Of a stretch of DNA of 64,000 nucleotides, positions 10,092 through 22,100 are shown piece by piece. A program made the position numbers and the translations under genes. The notes beneath the pieces were generated by a model. The model saw nothing but the letters and a program-made list of their open reading frames with translations, did no database searches and was not told where the DNA came from. Each line of letters begins with the position of its first letter. Position 1 is the first letter of the stretch. The stretch is from Cyanophyceae cyanobacterium (lineage in GTDB: Bacteria > Cyanobacteriota > Cyanobacteriia > Cyanobacteriales > Laspinemataceae), in NCBI GenBank assembly GCA_038321985.1, contig JBBQFN010000009.1, forward strand, positions 64,001-128,000. Direction: 5' to 3'.

Positions 10092-11255
10092 TTACTTACC
10101 CATGCCAAGTTGCTGTGCTTTTTGATAGACTTTTCCTTCCGTGAGCAAAGAAGGAGCGATCGCCACCTCTACTTGCTGCATTTCCTTGAGGTCCTTCGCC
10201 CCTAACGTCCCCATACTCGTTTTCAGCGCCCCGAGGAGGTTATGAGTCCCATCATCCAAACCTGCCGGACCCCGGAGAATTTGTTCTAAACTCCCGGTAC
10301 TCCCGACCCGAATGCGAGTCCCGCGAGGAAGAAGCGGAGAAGGAGTTGCCATTCCCCAATGATACCCACGTCCAGGAGCCTCAGCAGCCCGAGCAAAGGG
10401 CGACCCAATCATCACCCCATCGGCACCACAGGCAATACATTTACAAATATCTCCCCCGGTGATCAAGCCTCCATCGGCGATAATCGGGATGTAGGTTCCA
10501 GTTTCCCGGTAAAAATTATCCCGTGCAGCAGCACAGTCCGCCACCGCCGTTGCCTGGGGAACCCCAATGCCCAAAACCCCACGAGAAGTACAAGCCGCAC
10601 CGGGCCCAATGCCGACCATAATTGCAGCAGCACCGGCTTTCATCAACTTAAGGCTCACCTCATAGGTGACGCAATTTCCCAAAATAACGGGAATCGGCAT
10701 TTCCTGACAAAATCGTTCCAAGTCCAGAGGGGTAATCGACTCCGGAGATAAGTGATCCGTCGAAACCACCGTCCCTTGGACGAAAAACAAATCGGCTCCT
10801 GCTTTAGCCACCGTTGCGCCATACTGCGCAGCACCTGCGGGAGTCGCACTCACCGCAGCAATCCCGCCTTGGGTCTTAATTTGATGAATACGTTTCTCGA
10901 TTAACTCCGGTTGAATGGGTTTAGCATACAGTTGCTGCATCAGTCCCACAAACTCTTCTTTGCCGACGGATGCAATGCGATCGAGAATTGGCTCAGGATC
11001 TTCATACCGGGTTTGGATGCCTTCCAAATTCAGGACACCCATCGCTCCCAATTGAGAAAGCAAAACTGCCATGCGGACATCGACTACACCATCCATCGCA
11101 CTCGCGATGATGGGAATTTCTCTCTCAATCCCCCCAATGGTCCAGCGCGTATCCGCCAAAGAAGGATCTAGCGTTCTCGTGCCAGGGACTAAGGCAATTT
11201 CATCAATTCCGTATGCCCTGCGAGCTGTTTTGCCGCGCCCAATTTGAATGTCCAC
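10092..11255 (-). CDS. guaB: GuaB3-type IMP dehydrogenase family protein (GTG start)
   Basis: [31 protein letters not shown]. Confidence 0.92.
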   Translation of the reverse strand: MDIQIGRGKTARRAYGIDEIALVPGTRTLDPSLADTRWTIGGIEREIPIIASAMDGVVDVRMAVLLSQLGAMGVLNLEGIQTRYEDPEPILDRIASVGKEEFVGLMQQLYAKPIQPELIEKRIHQIKTQGGIAAVSATPAGAAQYGATVAKAGADLFFVQGTVVSTDHLSPESITPLDLERFCQEMPIPVILGNCVTYEVSLKLMKAGAAAIMVGIGPGAACTSRGVLGIGVPQATAVADCAAARDNFYRETGTYIPIIADGGLITGGDICKCIACGADGVMIGSPFARAAEAPGRGYHWGMATPSPLLPRGTRIRVGSTGSLEQILRGPAGLDDGTHNLLGALKTSMGTLGAKDLKEMQQVEVAIAPSLLTEGKVYQKAQQLGMGK

Positions 11256-11441
11256 TGCTTCTATCCGTTCCCAAAACTATTTATGCTAGACTATCAAATT
11301 TACAGGCAAACTGACCTGGAGTTGCCACAGAGTTTTTAAATTAGAGACTGGGGAGAGTCGGCTTTTATCCTTTGGCCCTCATCCTGGGGGCAGGAACTCT
11401 ACAATAATAATAGATAGAAAGTTTATAAAACTTAAAGGATC

Positions 11442-11819
11442 ATGAAGCTGAAACGGATCGGACATATAGCTATTCGGGTAACCGACCTCGATCGCGCGGT
11501 GCACTTTTACCATAATTTAGGAATGACCGTGGTCTGGAAGGATCCTGATTGGGCCTATTTAAAAGCAGGAGAGGATGGATTGGCACTGCTGAGTCCCAGT
11601 TACCAACACGCTGGACCCCATTTTGGCTTTGTCTTCAGCGATCGCGCCGAAATCCAGTCTGCCTACGACCGCCTCAAAGCCGAAGGGGCCGACGTCCGTG
11701 AAATCCATGATCACCGGGATGGAACTGCCTCATTTTACGGCAAGGACCCGGATGGGAATTGGTTTGAATATCTTTATGAACCCACGGCGATCAATCAACC
11801 CGCCCGGACTACACATTAA
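11442..11819 (+). CDS. VOC/glyoxalase family protein
   Basis: IGHIAIRV.DL...FY, HFGF, FYGKDPDGNWFE. Confidence 0.88.
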   Translation: MKLKRIGHIAIRVTDLDRAVHFYHNLGMTVVWKDPDWAYLKAGEDGLALLSPSYQHAGPHFGFVFSDRAEIQSAYDRLKAEGADVREIHDHRDGTASFYGKDPDGNWFEYLYEPTAINQPARTTH

Positions 11820-11967
11820 TTATTCTCACTTTGTCTCACAGATGGAGTTTGCCATGCTGTGAGATAAAGTCATGTCTTTACAAATTTTTCAAGCGCGCCA
11901 CGACTTCATGCAACAGACCAGAAACTGAGGTATGATACTCTTAAATAAACTTCGCCTATAAAAACTG

Positions 11968-12534
11968 ATGTCTTTGACCATTGAACACTTAAAAAACTTG
12001 CAATCAAAACTCCAAAATGATTCCAGTGATTACCAGATAGAATTACGCGAGGGAAAGCTGATTGTCATGGGTCCATCAGATATTGTATCCAGCTACATTG
12101 GTGCACAGTTGAGCTTTCTCATCAATCTCTGGGTGAATCCTCGTCGCCTGGGGTTAGTTTTTGACTCTAGCGGGGGGTTCATTCTCCCGAATGCAGATTT
12201 AACGGCCCCGAATGTTTCGTATGTCTCGCGATCGCGAATGCCTCGCACAGTCCGCTATTTTAGCGAAGTCGTTCCAGATTTGGTGGTAGAAATCAAATCT
12301 CAAAGCGATCGTATTACAAAACTGCGAGAAAAAATTCAGATGTTTCTGGAACAAGGGGTTAAAGTGGGTATTTTAATTGACCCCGATGAATTAACTGTTA
12401 CCCTTTATCGCCCCAATCAAACCCCCATCGTTTTTACAGACACCGAAACCCTGACACTGCCCGAATTGCTTCCGGGATGGGAATTACAAATTTCTGATTT
12501 ATGGCCCCCAGTGTTTGATGAAAATGGAGATTAA
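11968..12534 (+). CDS. Uma2 (DUF820) family endonuclease-like protein
   Basis: ELREGKL, DSSGGFILPN, PDLVVEIKS, GILIDP, ELLPGWEL. Confidence 0.88.
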   Translation: MSLTIEHLKNLQSKLQNDSSDYQIELREGKLIVMGPSDIVSSYIGAQLSFLINLWVNPRRLGLVFDSSGGFILPNADLTAPNVSYVSRSRMPRTVRYFSEVVPDLVVEIKSQSDRITKLREKIQMFLEQGVKVGILIDPDELTVTLYRPNQTPIVFTDTETLTLPELLPGWELQISDLWPPVFDENGD

Positions 12535-12574
12535 AAGAAGGTGAAGTTATCGGGATAGGCGCTGGGTAGGTCAC

Positions 12575-12988
12575 TCAAAATGGATTGATGAGGCGGGTTT
12601 TCTGATCAATGAGTTGATTAGCTTGCATATCCTCGGAATATAAACTATCACAATCATGCTGCAAGGCTGTCGCAATCACCAAGCTATCCCAATAGGTATA
12701 ACCATATTTTAAATTAATCTCTAAAGCTGCCATTACTTTTAGAGTATCTATTTCTACTACGGTAAAATTGGTCACCATTTCTTGAATAATCTGTTTAGCT
12801 TCATTTTTGGGTTTCAATTTCTTTTTGGTGAGAACATTCTAGAGTTCCCCCAAAATTTGAGTGCTAATAATAATTGACGCAAAGTTATCATTAACTATGT
12901 CTTGAGCTTTGGCCGACTTTTCGGAGGGACTTTGACCCCAAAGATAAACCCAGATATTAGTATCTAATAATATGGCATTACCTTTCAT
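12575..12988 (-). pseudogene. PIN-domain (VapC-like) toxin interrupted by an in-frame TAG at 12839-12841
   Basis: One frame: MKGNAILLDTNIWVY...ISTQILGEL*NVLTKKK...YWDSLVIATAL...LYSEDMQ...INPF. Confidence 0.85.
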
Positions 12989-13193
12989 ACAACTCATCCC
13001 GATTGAATTGATAATCATCAGGTAGGTCGAAAGAATGTTGCTTGACAAAATCAAAAAATCGCTGTTTTTTGACTGCCAGTTCATTGTCCTCAAATACCAT
13101 TACCTGAAAGGTTTTTCCTTCAAATTCCTCGCTCAATTTTTCATCCAGGACCAGATGTCCGTCTTTGCAGGTAGCTTTTAATATTTTATACAT
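12978..13193 (-). CDS. Putative antitoxin, upstream partner of the PIN gene
   Basis: 71 aa; overlaps the PIN start by 11 nt; C-terminus FNRDELYER resembles small antitoxins found before PIN genes. Confidence 0.75.
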   Translation of the reverse strand: MYKILKATCKDGHLVLDEKLSEEFEGKTFQVMVFEDNELAVKKQRFFDFVKQHSFDLPDDYQFNRDELYER

Positions 13194-13376
13194 ACACTAT
13201 ACTCTTCATTGAAAAAGGCTGGTTAAATTATTGGCAAGAGGTTTCAAAATTTATTCATCAATATTTTAACCCATATTGGCTCCAAAAGCAAGGGAACGTG
13301 AAGATTTAATCATGGGCGATCGCCTAACAATCAAGAACCTAAGTTTCCCAGGTAAATCCGCGTCAATTTCACCGGA

Positions 13377-14300
13377 TTAAATCGAACGACTTTGGGGGTC
13401 TAGGGCGTCGCGTAATCCATCACCGATATAATTAATACTACTAACTGTGATAAAAATAGCCAGTCCTGGAAAAATGGCTTGATGGGGTGAGGTTTGTAAG
13501 TAATCCCGGGCATCATAAAGCATTCGTCCCCAGGTGGGAACGTCGGGGGGAAATCCTAATCCGAAAAAACTAAGAGTGGATTCAGTAATAATGGCATTCC
13601 CGATCGCCAGGGTGGCGGCAACGATTACGGGACCGATAATATTCGGTAAAATATGAATCCAAATAATCCGCCGGGGTGAGGCACCCAAGGCACGCGCTGC
13701 TGTTACAAAATCTAACTGTTTAACTGTTAAAAATCCCGCGCGAACCAGTCTAGCGACAGACATCCAGGTGAGGGAACCAATAACCAGAACAACGAGGATA
13801 AAAATCCCCAATTCTGGCCCAGCAACTGCCCGAATTGGATTACGAAATAGGTAGACGACTAGCAGGAGTAAGGGTAACTGAGGCAGGGCTAGAAATAAAT
13901 CGGTCAACCGCATCAGTAAGGCATCAACTGCACCGCCATAAAATCCGGCAACTGCACCGATAAGAACACCGACTGATATAGCAACAAGCATGGCGGTTAC
14001 TCCAACAGCGATCGAGATTCGTCCTCCGGATAACATTCGGGCTAAAATATCTTGACCCAGGGAATTGGTGCCAAAGGGATGATTCCAACTCGGACCCATT
14101 GATGAATGACTGAAATCAATTTCATCAATGGCGGCGGTATAAAAGAAAGGACCGAAGATAACGCACAGGAGGAGAATAGCCAGGGCGATCGCACCCAAAA
14201 CCGCCATTTTATCCTGATAAAATCTCTGCCCTGCTTTTCTGCTTAAATTGGGCGTGAAATGTGGAGTTAGTTCAGTTTGTATCGGGTTAAAATTTGACAT
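13377..14300 (-). CDS. Peptide ABC transporter permease (OppC/DppC-like)
   Basis: HPFGTNSLGQDI, AARALGAS...HILPN, GDGLRDALDP. Confidence 0.92.
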   Translation of the reverse strand: MSNFNPIQTELTPHFTPNLSRKAGQRFYQDKMAVLGAIALAILLLCVIFGPFFYTAAIDEIDFSHSSMGPSWNHPFGTNSLGQDILARMLSGGRISIAVGVTAMLVAISVGVLIGAVAGFYGGAVDALLMRLTDLFLALPQLPLLLLVVYLFRNPIRAVAGPELGIFILVVLVIGSLTWMSVARLVRAGFLTVKQLDFVTAARALGASPRRIIWIHILPNIIGPVIVAATLAIGNAIITESTLSFFGLGFPPDVPTWGRMLYDARDYLQTSPHQAIFPGLAIFITVSSINYIGDGLRDALDPQSRSI

Positions 14301-14345
14301 AATTGGAACAAAATGATTAGATTAAATGATTAATTTAGCGCTGGA

Positions 14346-15308
14346 TTATGAATAATATTTCACTCTCGGGTCTAACACAGCATAAAGTAAATCGGCTGCT
14401 AAATTAAAAATTACAATTAATACCGCATATATAAACGTAATTGCCATGACCACGGGGGTATCACTCCGATAAATGGAATCAATTAACAGAGAACCGATTC
14501 CTGGCACGCGAAACACTTGTTCTGTGACTAATGCGCCGGTAAATACAGCGGGAATATCTAAGGCAACCAGGGTAACTACAGGAATCAAGGCATTGCGTAA
14601 AACGTGCCGCCTGATTACGCTAAACTTAGATAAACCTTTGGCGTAAGCTGTGCGGACATATTGCTGATACAGTTGTTCTAAAATAGAGGACCGGATAAAC
14701 CGCATTAAAATCGCCGCTTGATACAGTCCTAAAACAGAAATGGGCATAATAGACTGTTTTATTTGGTCGATAAAACTATTCCAATCGGTTACCGTTAAGG
14801 TGCTATTATAGATGAAGGGAAACCAGTTAAGTTGAACACTGAAAATAATGATAAACAGCACTCCAGTGAAAAAGGTGGGCAGAGAAAACCATAAAAAGGC
14901 AAAGGTGGTGGCGATTTTATCTATTAAAGAGTAGCGATTGAGGGCGGAGATAATGCCGAGGGGAAAAGCGACTAATATGCCGAACAAATAGGCAGAACCA
15001 ACGACCCATAATGTGGTGGGTAACCGTTGCAGAATTAAGTCAATAACGGGACTGCGACTGGTAAAAGAGTATCCCATATCTCCGGTAAAAAAGGCGAAAG
15101 CCCATTTCAAATATCGGATATGAATCGGTTGGTCCAATCCAAAGGAACGGCGTAGATTTTCCCGCACTTCGGCGGTGATTGCGGGGTTAGTGGCAAATTC
15201 TCCTAAAGGGTCTCCAGGTGCTAACGCTAGAATGGTAAAAATGACGAGACTAATGGCAATTAAGGTGGGAATGGAAATCAGCAGGCGTTTCAATAAATAG
15301 GTTTTCAT
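14346..15308 (-). CDS. Peptide ABC transporter permease (OppB/DppB-like)
   Basis: LAPGDP, FGLDQP, YVRTAYAKGL...HVLRNAL, DLLYAVLDPR. Confidence 0.92.
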   Translation of the reverse strand: MKTYLLKRLLISIPTLIAISLVIFTILALAPGDPLGEFATNPAITAEVRENLRRSFGLDQPIHIRYLKWAFAFFTGDMGYSFTSRSPVIDLILQRLPTTLWVVGSAYLFGILVAFPLGIISALNRYSLIDKIATTFAFLWFSLPTFFTGVLFIIIFSVQLNWFPFIYNSTLTVTDWNSFIDQIKQSIMPISVLGLYQAAILMRFIRSSILEQLYQQYVRTAYAKGLSKFSVIRRHVLRNALIPVVTLVALDIPAVFTGALVTEQVFRVPGIGSLLIDSIYRSDTPVVMAITFIYAVLIVIFNLAADLLYAVLDPRVKYYS

Positions 15309-15370
15309 ACGCACAAGAGTCCTGAGTTTTAATCAACTGAAAATAGTTCAGTTCAAACCCGCTTCAGTTG

Positions 15371-17119
15371 CTATTTCCGCCGCCATTGGTGGATGTTCCA
15401 AACGACTCGATCCCACGAGGTTAGTTCAACTCCTTCTAAACTATTGCTAACGGCGATCGCATCGGCGCGATGGACTAAGGGAATTACTGCCACATCCTGT
15501 ACTAATAAATCATTCATTTGAATAAATAATTTCCCCCGAGTTTCTGGGTTGAGTTCCGTGGTGGACTGTTGCCAGAGTTGGTCATATTCCGGATTGCAAT
15601 AGCGCGACGTATTGCTACCCGACCAACTATTTTCAGGGCGTGCTATTTCCCCGCAAGTGAAAGTTTGAAGGTAGCGGGTGGGGTCGGGGGAGGTATTGCC
15701 GGTGGTGACCATTTGCAGGTCAGCATAAAACCGATTGAGGGAATCCGTATTTGATGGATCGCCGGAGAAAAAGATACTGGCATCAATACTTTTGATTTCT
15801 ACTTCTACGCCGAGGGTGCGGAAGTTTTGTTTAATGATTTCTTGGGTTTTCTGACGAACAGGGTTGACAGAAGTTTGAAAGAGGACGCGCATTTCTAACC
15901 CATTTTTATCCCGGATACCATTACTATTAGTATCGCGCCAACCTGCTTGTTCTAGTAACGTTGCTGCTTTTTCCAGATTAAATTCATATTGTGTATTGGG
16001 AGAAAGATAGGTTTCTGGAGAGACTAGAAAATTAGGGGTGGGAGTGCCAGTAACACCATAGAGTTGCTGAGAAATGGTGTCGCGATCGATCGCCAGGTTG
16101 AATGCCTGTCGAACTTGGCGATCGCTGAAGAAGGGATGGGGGAATTCTAAACTAGCGCGATCGCCTGCTGCAGTTGCACGATTGGGGTCGGTTTGATTCA
16201 GTTGAATCCGTTCGCTTAACGGACCAAAAATTGCCATAACTTGTCCTTGTCCCCCCGCTTCTAATTGTTCTAAAACTTGGGGTTCCACTTGCAAACCATA
16301 GGCATAATCCGCATCGCCCGTTTGTAAAACCGCCCTCGCTGCCGAGGTGGAATCTCCCCCGCCTTTGAGTTCAATTCGCTGAAAATAGAGGTCTTCTGCT
16401 TCTCGAAAATAGGGATTTGCTTCATAAACCACCGTATCCCCGGGTCGAAATTCAACGACGCGATAAGGACCCGTTCCCACAGGTAATAGATTACCCGGTG
16501 CTTGTCGAGAATTTGCGCCGGTATAATCGGCAAAAAAATGTTGGGGTAAAATCATCCCTTCGGAACCGACAAAAGGTAAAAACCAACCGGGATTAACCGC
16601 CTTAAAATTAACTTTAACGGTTAGGGGGTCAACAGCTTCTACTGAGGCGATCGCATCATAATTAGAAGAACTCGCCGAAGCAGTTTCAGGATTAGAAATA
16701 AATTCATAAGTAAACACCACATCAGCGGAAGTGAAGGGAGTGCCATCGGACCATTGTATATCTGGTTTGAGTTTCCAGGTTACCGATAACCCATCTGCCG
16801 CTACTCCGCCATTTTCCAGAGTGGGAACTTCTGCCGCCAAGACGGGGATTAACTCCCCTTGATTATTAAATGTTGCCAGGGGTTCTAACGTAATTCGACT
16901 TGCTTCCCAATCCTTGAACCCCACAGACAGATGAGGATTGAGAATAGTTGGCGCTTGCCAGTAGAGTAAGCGGAGAACATCCGATTGTTGGATCTGGCGG
17001 GTTGGGTTCGTCCCGCATCCAGATAACAGGGATGCAGCGAGCACAGGTAGCGCCAACAGTGGCATAATCAATCGACGGCGATCGCGCTTCTGATTCAAAG
17101 TTTCCCTCCCAGTGACCAT
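15371..17119 (-). CDS. Peptide ABC transporter substrate-binding lipoprotein (family 5)
   Basis: Lipobox LSGC; WSDGTPFTSADV.FT; GTGPY; VRQAFNLAIDR. Confidence 0.92.
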   Translation of the reverse strand: MVTGRETLNQKRDRRRLIMPLLALPVLAASLLSGCGTNPTRQIQQSDVLRLLYWQAPTILNPHLSVGFKDWEASRITLEPLATFNNQGELIPVLAAEVPTLENGGVAADGLSVTWKLKPDIQWSDGTPFTSADVVFTYEFISNPETASASSSNYDAIASVEAVDPLTVKVNFKAVNPGWFLPFVGSEGMILPQHFFADYTGANSRQAPGNLLPVGTGPYRVVEFRPGDTVVYEANPYFREAEDLYFQRIELKGGGDSTSAARAVLQTGDADYAYGLQVEPQVLEQLEAGGQGQVMAIFGPLSERIQLNQTDPNRATAAGDRASLEFPHPFFSDRQVRQAFNLAIDRDTISQQLYGVTGTPTPNFLVSPETYLSPNTQYEFNLEKAATLLEQAGWRDTNSNGIRDKNGLEMRVLFQTSVNPVRQKTQEIIKQNFRTLGVEVEIKSIDASIFFSGDPSNTDSLNRFYADLQMVTTGNTSPDPTRYLQTFTCGEIARPENSWSGSNTSRYCNPEYDQLWQQSTTELNPETRGKLFIQMNDLLVQDVAVIPLVHRADAIAVSNSLEGVELTSWDRVVWNIHQWRRK

Positions 17120-17221
17120 TTAAGTCTCTACACTATCAAGAAACCGAGATTTTGTCCGTGGATCACCGGGACTGGTGTTTTGGGGGACCGCGCGTAATGC
17201 CGGATCAGTCATCCCAGAGGA

Positions 17222-17258
17222 AGGACCCGGGCCCCCGAACCCCGAACCCGTGACCCCC
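17222..17258. repeat. Short imperfect ~7-nt tandem repeats (STRR-like)
   Basis: GGACCCG-GGCCCCC-GAACCCC-GAACCCG-TGACCCC in intergenic DNA. Confidence 0.45.
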
Positions 17259-17716
17259 AAACGGCGATCGCACTCACCACCAAAGCGATCGCAGTTTGAC
17301 GACGGGGTGAAGTGCGATCGCTTTTGTCTCCAGTATACTGCCACCATAACAGAACCCAGCTCACTCCACAACAAAAATAACTATCAATATACAGTTTAAT
17401 TAAATTGGGGATCTTGTCCATCTCGCCACTCCTGGTTATTTTCTCCCGAGTTACCAAAGTCCCCCGGATGTGGGAATTCTCCAAAGACTCCTCAAAACCG
17501 GATAGTTTTCAACCCTTTGGTACAGCGGAATATGGGGCGGTATTTATTTGTATTAACAATCCGAGTCCCTTTCCCAAATAGGCAAAGTTTTTACAGCCCG
17601 AGGAAGGGTCGCTTCTGAATAATGCTACACTCAGAGATTAATCACTGGGCGCAAAATGTGGCACACTCAGGAGACCCGATTGGTATTCAAGTCCCTAAAC
17701 CGGATGGCAAACACCC

Positions 17717-19081
17717 ATGCAGCAAGACTTTCTTGAAAACTCCCCTGTAGCGTCCCTGCTAACTAAGGTGCTCAAGTCCCCTCTGTCTCCCGAAAGTTCT
17801 CGCGATGCTGAATATATAGCATGGCGGGACCGTTTTATGCGGAAACGTCTGGATGTGGGATTATGGATTGGTTTGATTGCTTTTTTGAGTTCGAGTTTAC
17901 TGCAAGTGAGCAATTTGTTGTTTCGTCCGGAAGAATTTATGCCGGACTGGTTGCGATCGCAGGTAAGTATTGAACTCACTTTACTTTTATGTTTCTTACT
18001 TCAGCATAGCAAACTCGGTCGCCGCTATCCTAGTTTGGTGTTTATGACCTTTTATTGGGCGGTTACTGTTGTTCCCCAAGTTCAGTTTACTCTGTCTGGA
18101 GTGGCTAAACCGGATCTCTTAATCTGGACTGTGATGTTTTTCGGTCAAGCGACGTTTACTCCGGTTCGTTGGTATCTCCATTTAGGGGCTCAAATTGGGG
18201 TATTCTTATACTATTTTGTCGTAAATTTAGCGTTAGGTGTGCGGTTAGCTACCCCAACGGATTGGTTGACTCCTTCGGTGTTAGTTTTGTATTTTTTCTG
18301 GGTTTGTTTTATTGGCAACCTGTCGGTTTATTTATACGAGAAGTTACAAAAAGCAGAGTTTAAAGCCCGCTGGGATTTAGAGGAGGCTTATGCACAACTA
18401 GAGGAGGAACAGAAACTCTCCGAAAGTTTACTGTTAAATATTTTACCCCATTCGATCGCAACTCGGTTGAAGCAAAACCCCAAAAATCTGGCGGATAGTT
18501 ACACGGATGTTTCTGTTTTATTTGCGGATATTGTGGGGTTTACGGAACTGTCTTCTCATATTTCCCCTAGGGCTTTGGTTGAGTTGCTCAATCAAATTTT
18601 CTCGGATTTTGATGCGCTGGCGGAGGTGCATCAATTGGAAAAAATTAAAACGATTGGGGATGCCTATATGGTAGTCTCAGGGTTGCCCGAACCTCGGGAT
18701 GATCATGCTCAAGCGATCGCAGATATGGCGTTGGATATGCAGCGGGCAATCGCCACTTTTAATAACAAAACTGGGCAAAATTTTCGCATCCGTATCGGCA
18801 TCGCCACGGGTCCAGTGATCGCCGGGGTGATTGGTATTAAAAAATTTATTTATGATTTGTGGGGAGATACAGTTAATATTGCCTCTCGAATGGAGTCTCA
18901 CGGGATTCCGGGGGCCATTCAAGTCACCCGGGAAACCTACCAGTTTTTGAAAGATGAGTATTTGTTTCAGGAACGGGGGAAGGTTTTTATCAAGGGGAAA
19001 GGAGAAATGACTACCTATTTATTGACCGGAAAAAATCCTCTATTTATTGACAAAAAAAGCCCAGAATCTTCAACTTCTTAA
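17717..19081 (+). CDS. Membrane-bound class III adenylate/guanylate cyclase
   Basis: About six TM segments; SESLLLNILP, VLFADIVGFT, KIKTIGDAYM, YDLWGDTVNIASRMES; the Lys/Asp pair suggests ATP specificity. Confidence 0.92.
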   Translation: MQQDFLENSPVASLLTKVLKSPLSPESSRDAEYIAWRDRFMRKRLDVGLWIGLIAFLSSSLLQVSNLLFRPEEFMPDWLRSQVSIELTLLLCFLLQHSKLGRRYPSLVFMTFYWAVTVVPQVQFTLSGVAKPDLLIWTVMFFGQATFTPVRWYLHLGAQIGVFLYYFVVNLALGVRLATPTDWLTPSVLVLYFFWVCFIGNLSVYLYEKLQKAEFKARWDLEEAYAQLEEEQKLSESLLLNILPHSIATRLKQNPKNLADSYTDVSVLFADIVGFTELSSHISPRALVELLNQIFSDFDALAEVHQLEKIKTIGDAYMVVSGLPEPRDDHAQAIADMALDMQRAIATFNNKTGQNFRIRIGIATGPVIAGVIGIKKFIYDLWGDTVNIASRMESHGIPGAIQVTRETYQFLKDEYLFQERGKVFIKGKGEMTTYLLTGKNPLFIDKKSPESSTS

Positions 19082-19102
19082 ATCTCCAATAGTTCAGCAT
19101 AA

Positions 19103-22100
19103 TTAGACTTGTTTCATCCCTTTTTGAACGGGTCGCAGTTGTCCTACTACATCAATCAAATGTCTGGGGTCAATGGGTTTAGGAATGTGCATCTGGAACC
19201 CCGCAGCGAGGGCGAGGATCCGGTCTTCAGTGCGAGTATAAGCGGTGAGGGCGGCAGCCGGAATTTGTCCGCCTTGTTCTGGGGGTAAACTGCGGAGTTT
19301 ACGAATTAAGGTATAGCCATCTTCTCCGGGCATTCCGATGTCACTGAGCAGAATTTGCGGTTGGTTTTCTTGGACAAGGGCGATCGCTTGGGCAGTGGAA
19401 GCCGCTGCAAATACTTCAGCGCCGTACTGTTCCAAGGCGGTAATTAAAAATTCCCGAGTATCGAATTCATCATCTACAACCAAGATTTTTAACCCGGCTA
19501 GTTCGGAGGAGGATTGATCGCCCTCTACCCATGAAGTCTCTAGCACTGGCTCAGCGATCGCATCGGGAATGTCTTCTAAACGGGGAAGTTGTACAATGAA
19601 GGTTGAACCGTTTCCAGGTCCGGCACTATCTGCGAAAATCTGACCGCCGTGAAGTTCGACAAGGTTGCGGACGATCGCCAAACCCAATCCTAACCCCCCA
19701 TGCGATCGCGTAGTTTTACTATCCGCCTGCCGGAAGCGCTCAAACATATAAGGCAAAAACTCCGGTTCAATACCGATTCCGCTATCGATAATCCGGATTT
19801 GTACCCAATTATTCACCCGTTCTAAGCAAATTTCCACTCGTCCACCTTCTCGGGTGAATTTAACCGCATTCGAGAGCAGATTCCAGACGACTTGTTGGAG
19901 GCGATCGCCATCGGCGGAAACCATGCCGACTCCAGGATCGAGGGTGGTTACGATCTCGATTTTTTTAATTTCCGCCGTAGGACGCACAGTATCGATCGCC
20001 GCTTCAATGGGCGAGATCAATTGCAAAGGACGCAGGTAGAGGCGAACTTTGCCGCGAATGATGCGAGAAATATCCAGGAGGTCTTCAATTAACTGGGTTT
20101 GCATTTCAGCGTTGCGTTCGATGGCTTCTAGGGCTTGTGCCATTTTTTCTGGATTGAGTTTGCGGCGACGTAACAAGCGAGACCAGCCTAAAATTGCATT
20201 TAAGGGCGATCGCAATTCGTGAGAAACAATTGCTAAAAATTCATCTTTCATGCGGCTGGCGGCTTCTGCTTGTTTGCGAGCTTCCTGTTCGCGAAGTAGC
20301 AATTCCTCCCGCTGACGTTCGGCTAACTTGCGATCGCTAATATCGTAGAACATCACCACCCCGGCGACAATTTGTCCGGCTAAATTCTTCACGGGTTTAG
20401 CACTGAGGCATACAATCTGAGAGGAACCAGTGGAGAGGGGAAACTCGATTTCCTCATCAATGACTGTCTCACCTAAGGCGATCGCCCGAGACATCGGCAA
20501 CTCATGAGGCTGATAGGGCCGTCCGTCCGGATGGATACCCTGGAACAAGCGATAATCTTCCAGGTCCTTTTCCTCGGCGATCGCTCCGTCCCAAATCGCT
20601 TGTGCTTGTTTGTTACTCAAAAGCACTCTCCCTGATGGCGATTCGGCTACAATCGCCCCGGCGGGCATTTGTTGCAGTACCGCTTTTAACAGTTGTTGCT
20701 CAAATTCTAATTGCTGGAGCAGGCGATCGCGTTCTTCTTCTGCCTTTTTCCGTTCTGTCATATCTAGGACTACTCCCCCCATCCGGGTTGCCGTCCCCCA
20801 TTCGTCATAAAAGGCGCGACCTTTTGCCGCAATCCAGCGTACCGTGCCATCCTTTCTGACTACCCTATACTCGATATCGTAATCCACGTGGGCCTTAATT
20901 GCCCGTTGTATAGCTTGCTCCATTCGGTCCTGATCCTCCGGATGCAGGCATTGAACGAAAATTTCATAATCAATTTCTTTTGAGGAGAGATCAATTCCAA
21001 ACATTTCATAACATCGTCGCGAACCCGCGAGGGTTTGCTTTTGCAAATCGTAATCCCACAATCCTAATTTGGCTGACTCTAAGGCCACTCGCAGCCTTTC
21101 TTCGCTGCGATCGGAGGCCGCCCGAGCGCGTTTATATTCGGTTACATCTCGACTGAGGACGAGGACCGATTCAACTTCTGCATGACGATCAAATTCTGGA
21201 ACTAAGCGAGACTGGTAATGTCGAGTCCCGCCTTTGGTATCCGTTAAATCACATTCGATTTCGCCTTCTTCACCGCTCGCAAACACTTGGGCGATCGCCC
21301 ATTCCCAATCCCCCGATTGCGATTCAGGAAAGCCGGTTTCTGAGTTAGTTTTTCCGAGGAATTCTTCGGGCGCTCGCCCGGTGACTCGTTCAATTGCTCG
21401 ATTTATATATATATGACGCATTTCCCGGTTAAATCGGGCAATAATATCAGGGGAATTTTCAGCCAGTGCCTTAAATTCTCGTTCCCGTCGGTAGAGTTCG
21501 TTCTCAACTCGTTGGCGTTGGGTGATATCTCGCCAGGTTGCCAGAAACCCATCCCCAAAAGCCGCCACTCGGATATCGAATGCTTTAATCAATCTACTGC
21601 CGGAGCCAACTTCTTCTGCGTAAACCACAGAATCTTTGACCAAGGGTTTTCTCCCTTCGACAACCTGGCAATATTCCTCAAATAAACTTGTAGTTCGGTG
21701 TGCAGGAAACAGATCGCAGAGTCTTTTCCCCACTTGTTCTTCCCAGCTATATTCATTGCTGGCACAAGCGGCAGCATTTACATATTCGATGCGAAAGTCC
21801 AGAATGCGTCCGGATTCATCTCGTACAGCCGTATAAATTCCAAAACAATCTAGTAAATTTTCTACCGAAGTCCGGAAAAGTTCCTCTCTTTTTTGTAATT
21901 CTATTTCGGATTTTTTGCGATCGCTGATATCGATTGTTGTACCAATGACGCGAACGGCCTTCCCGGTTTCATCTCGCAGAATGCCGCCGCGATCGCAAAC
22001 GTCCAAATATGTGCCATCTTGGTGACGAACTCGATATTCTATATCAAACTTCTCTTGTTGTTCTAGAGCCTTTTTCATGGCATTATAGGCCCGTTCCCGG

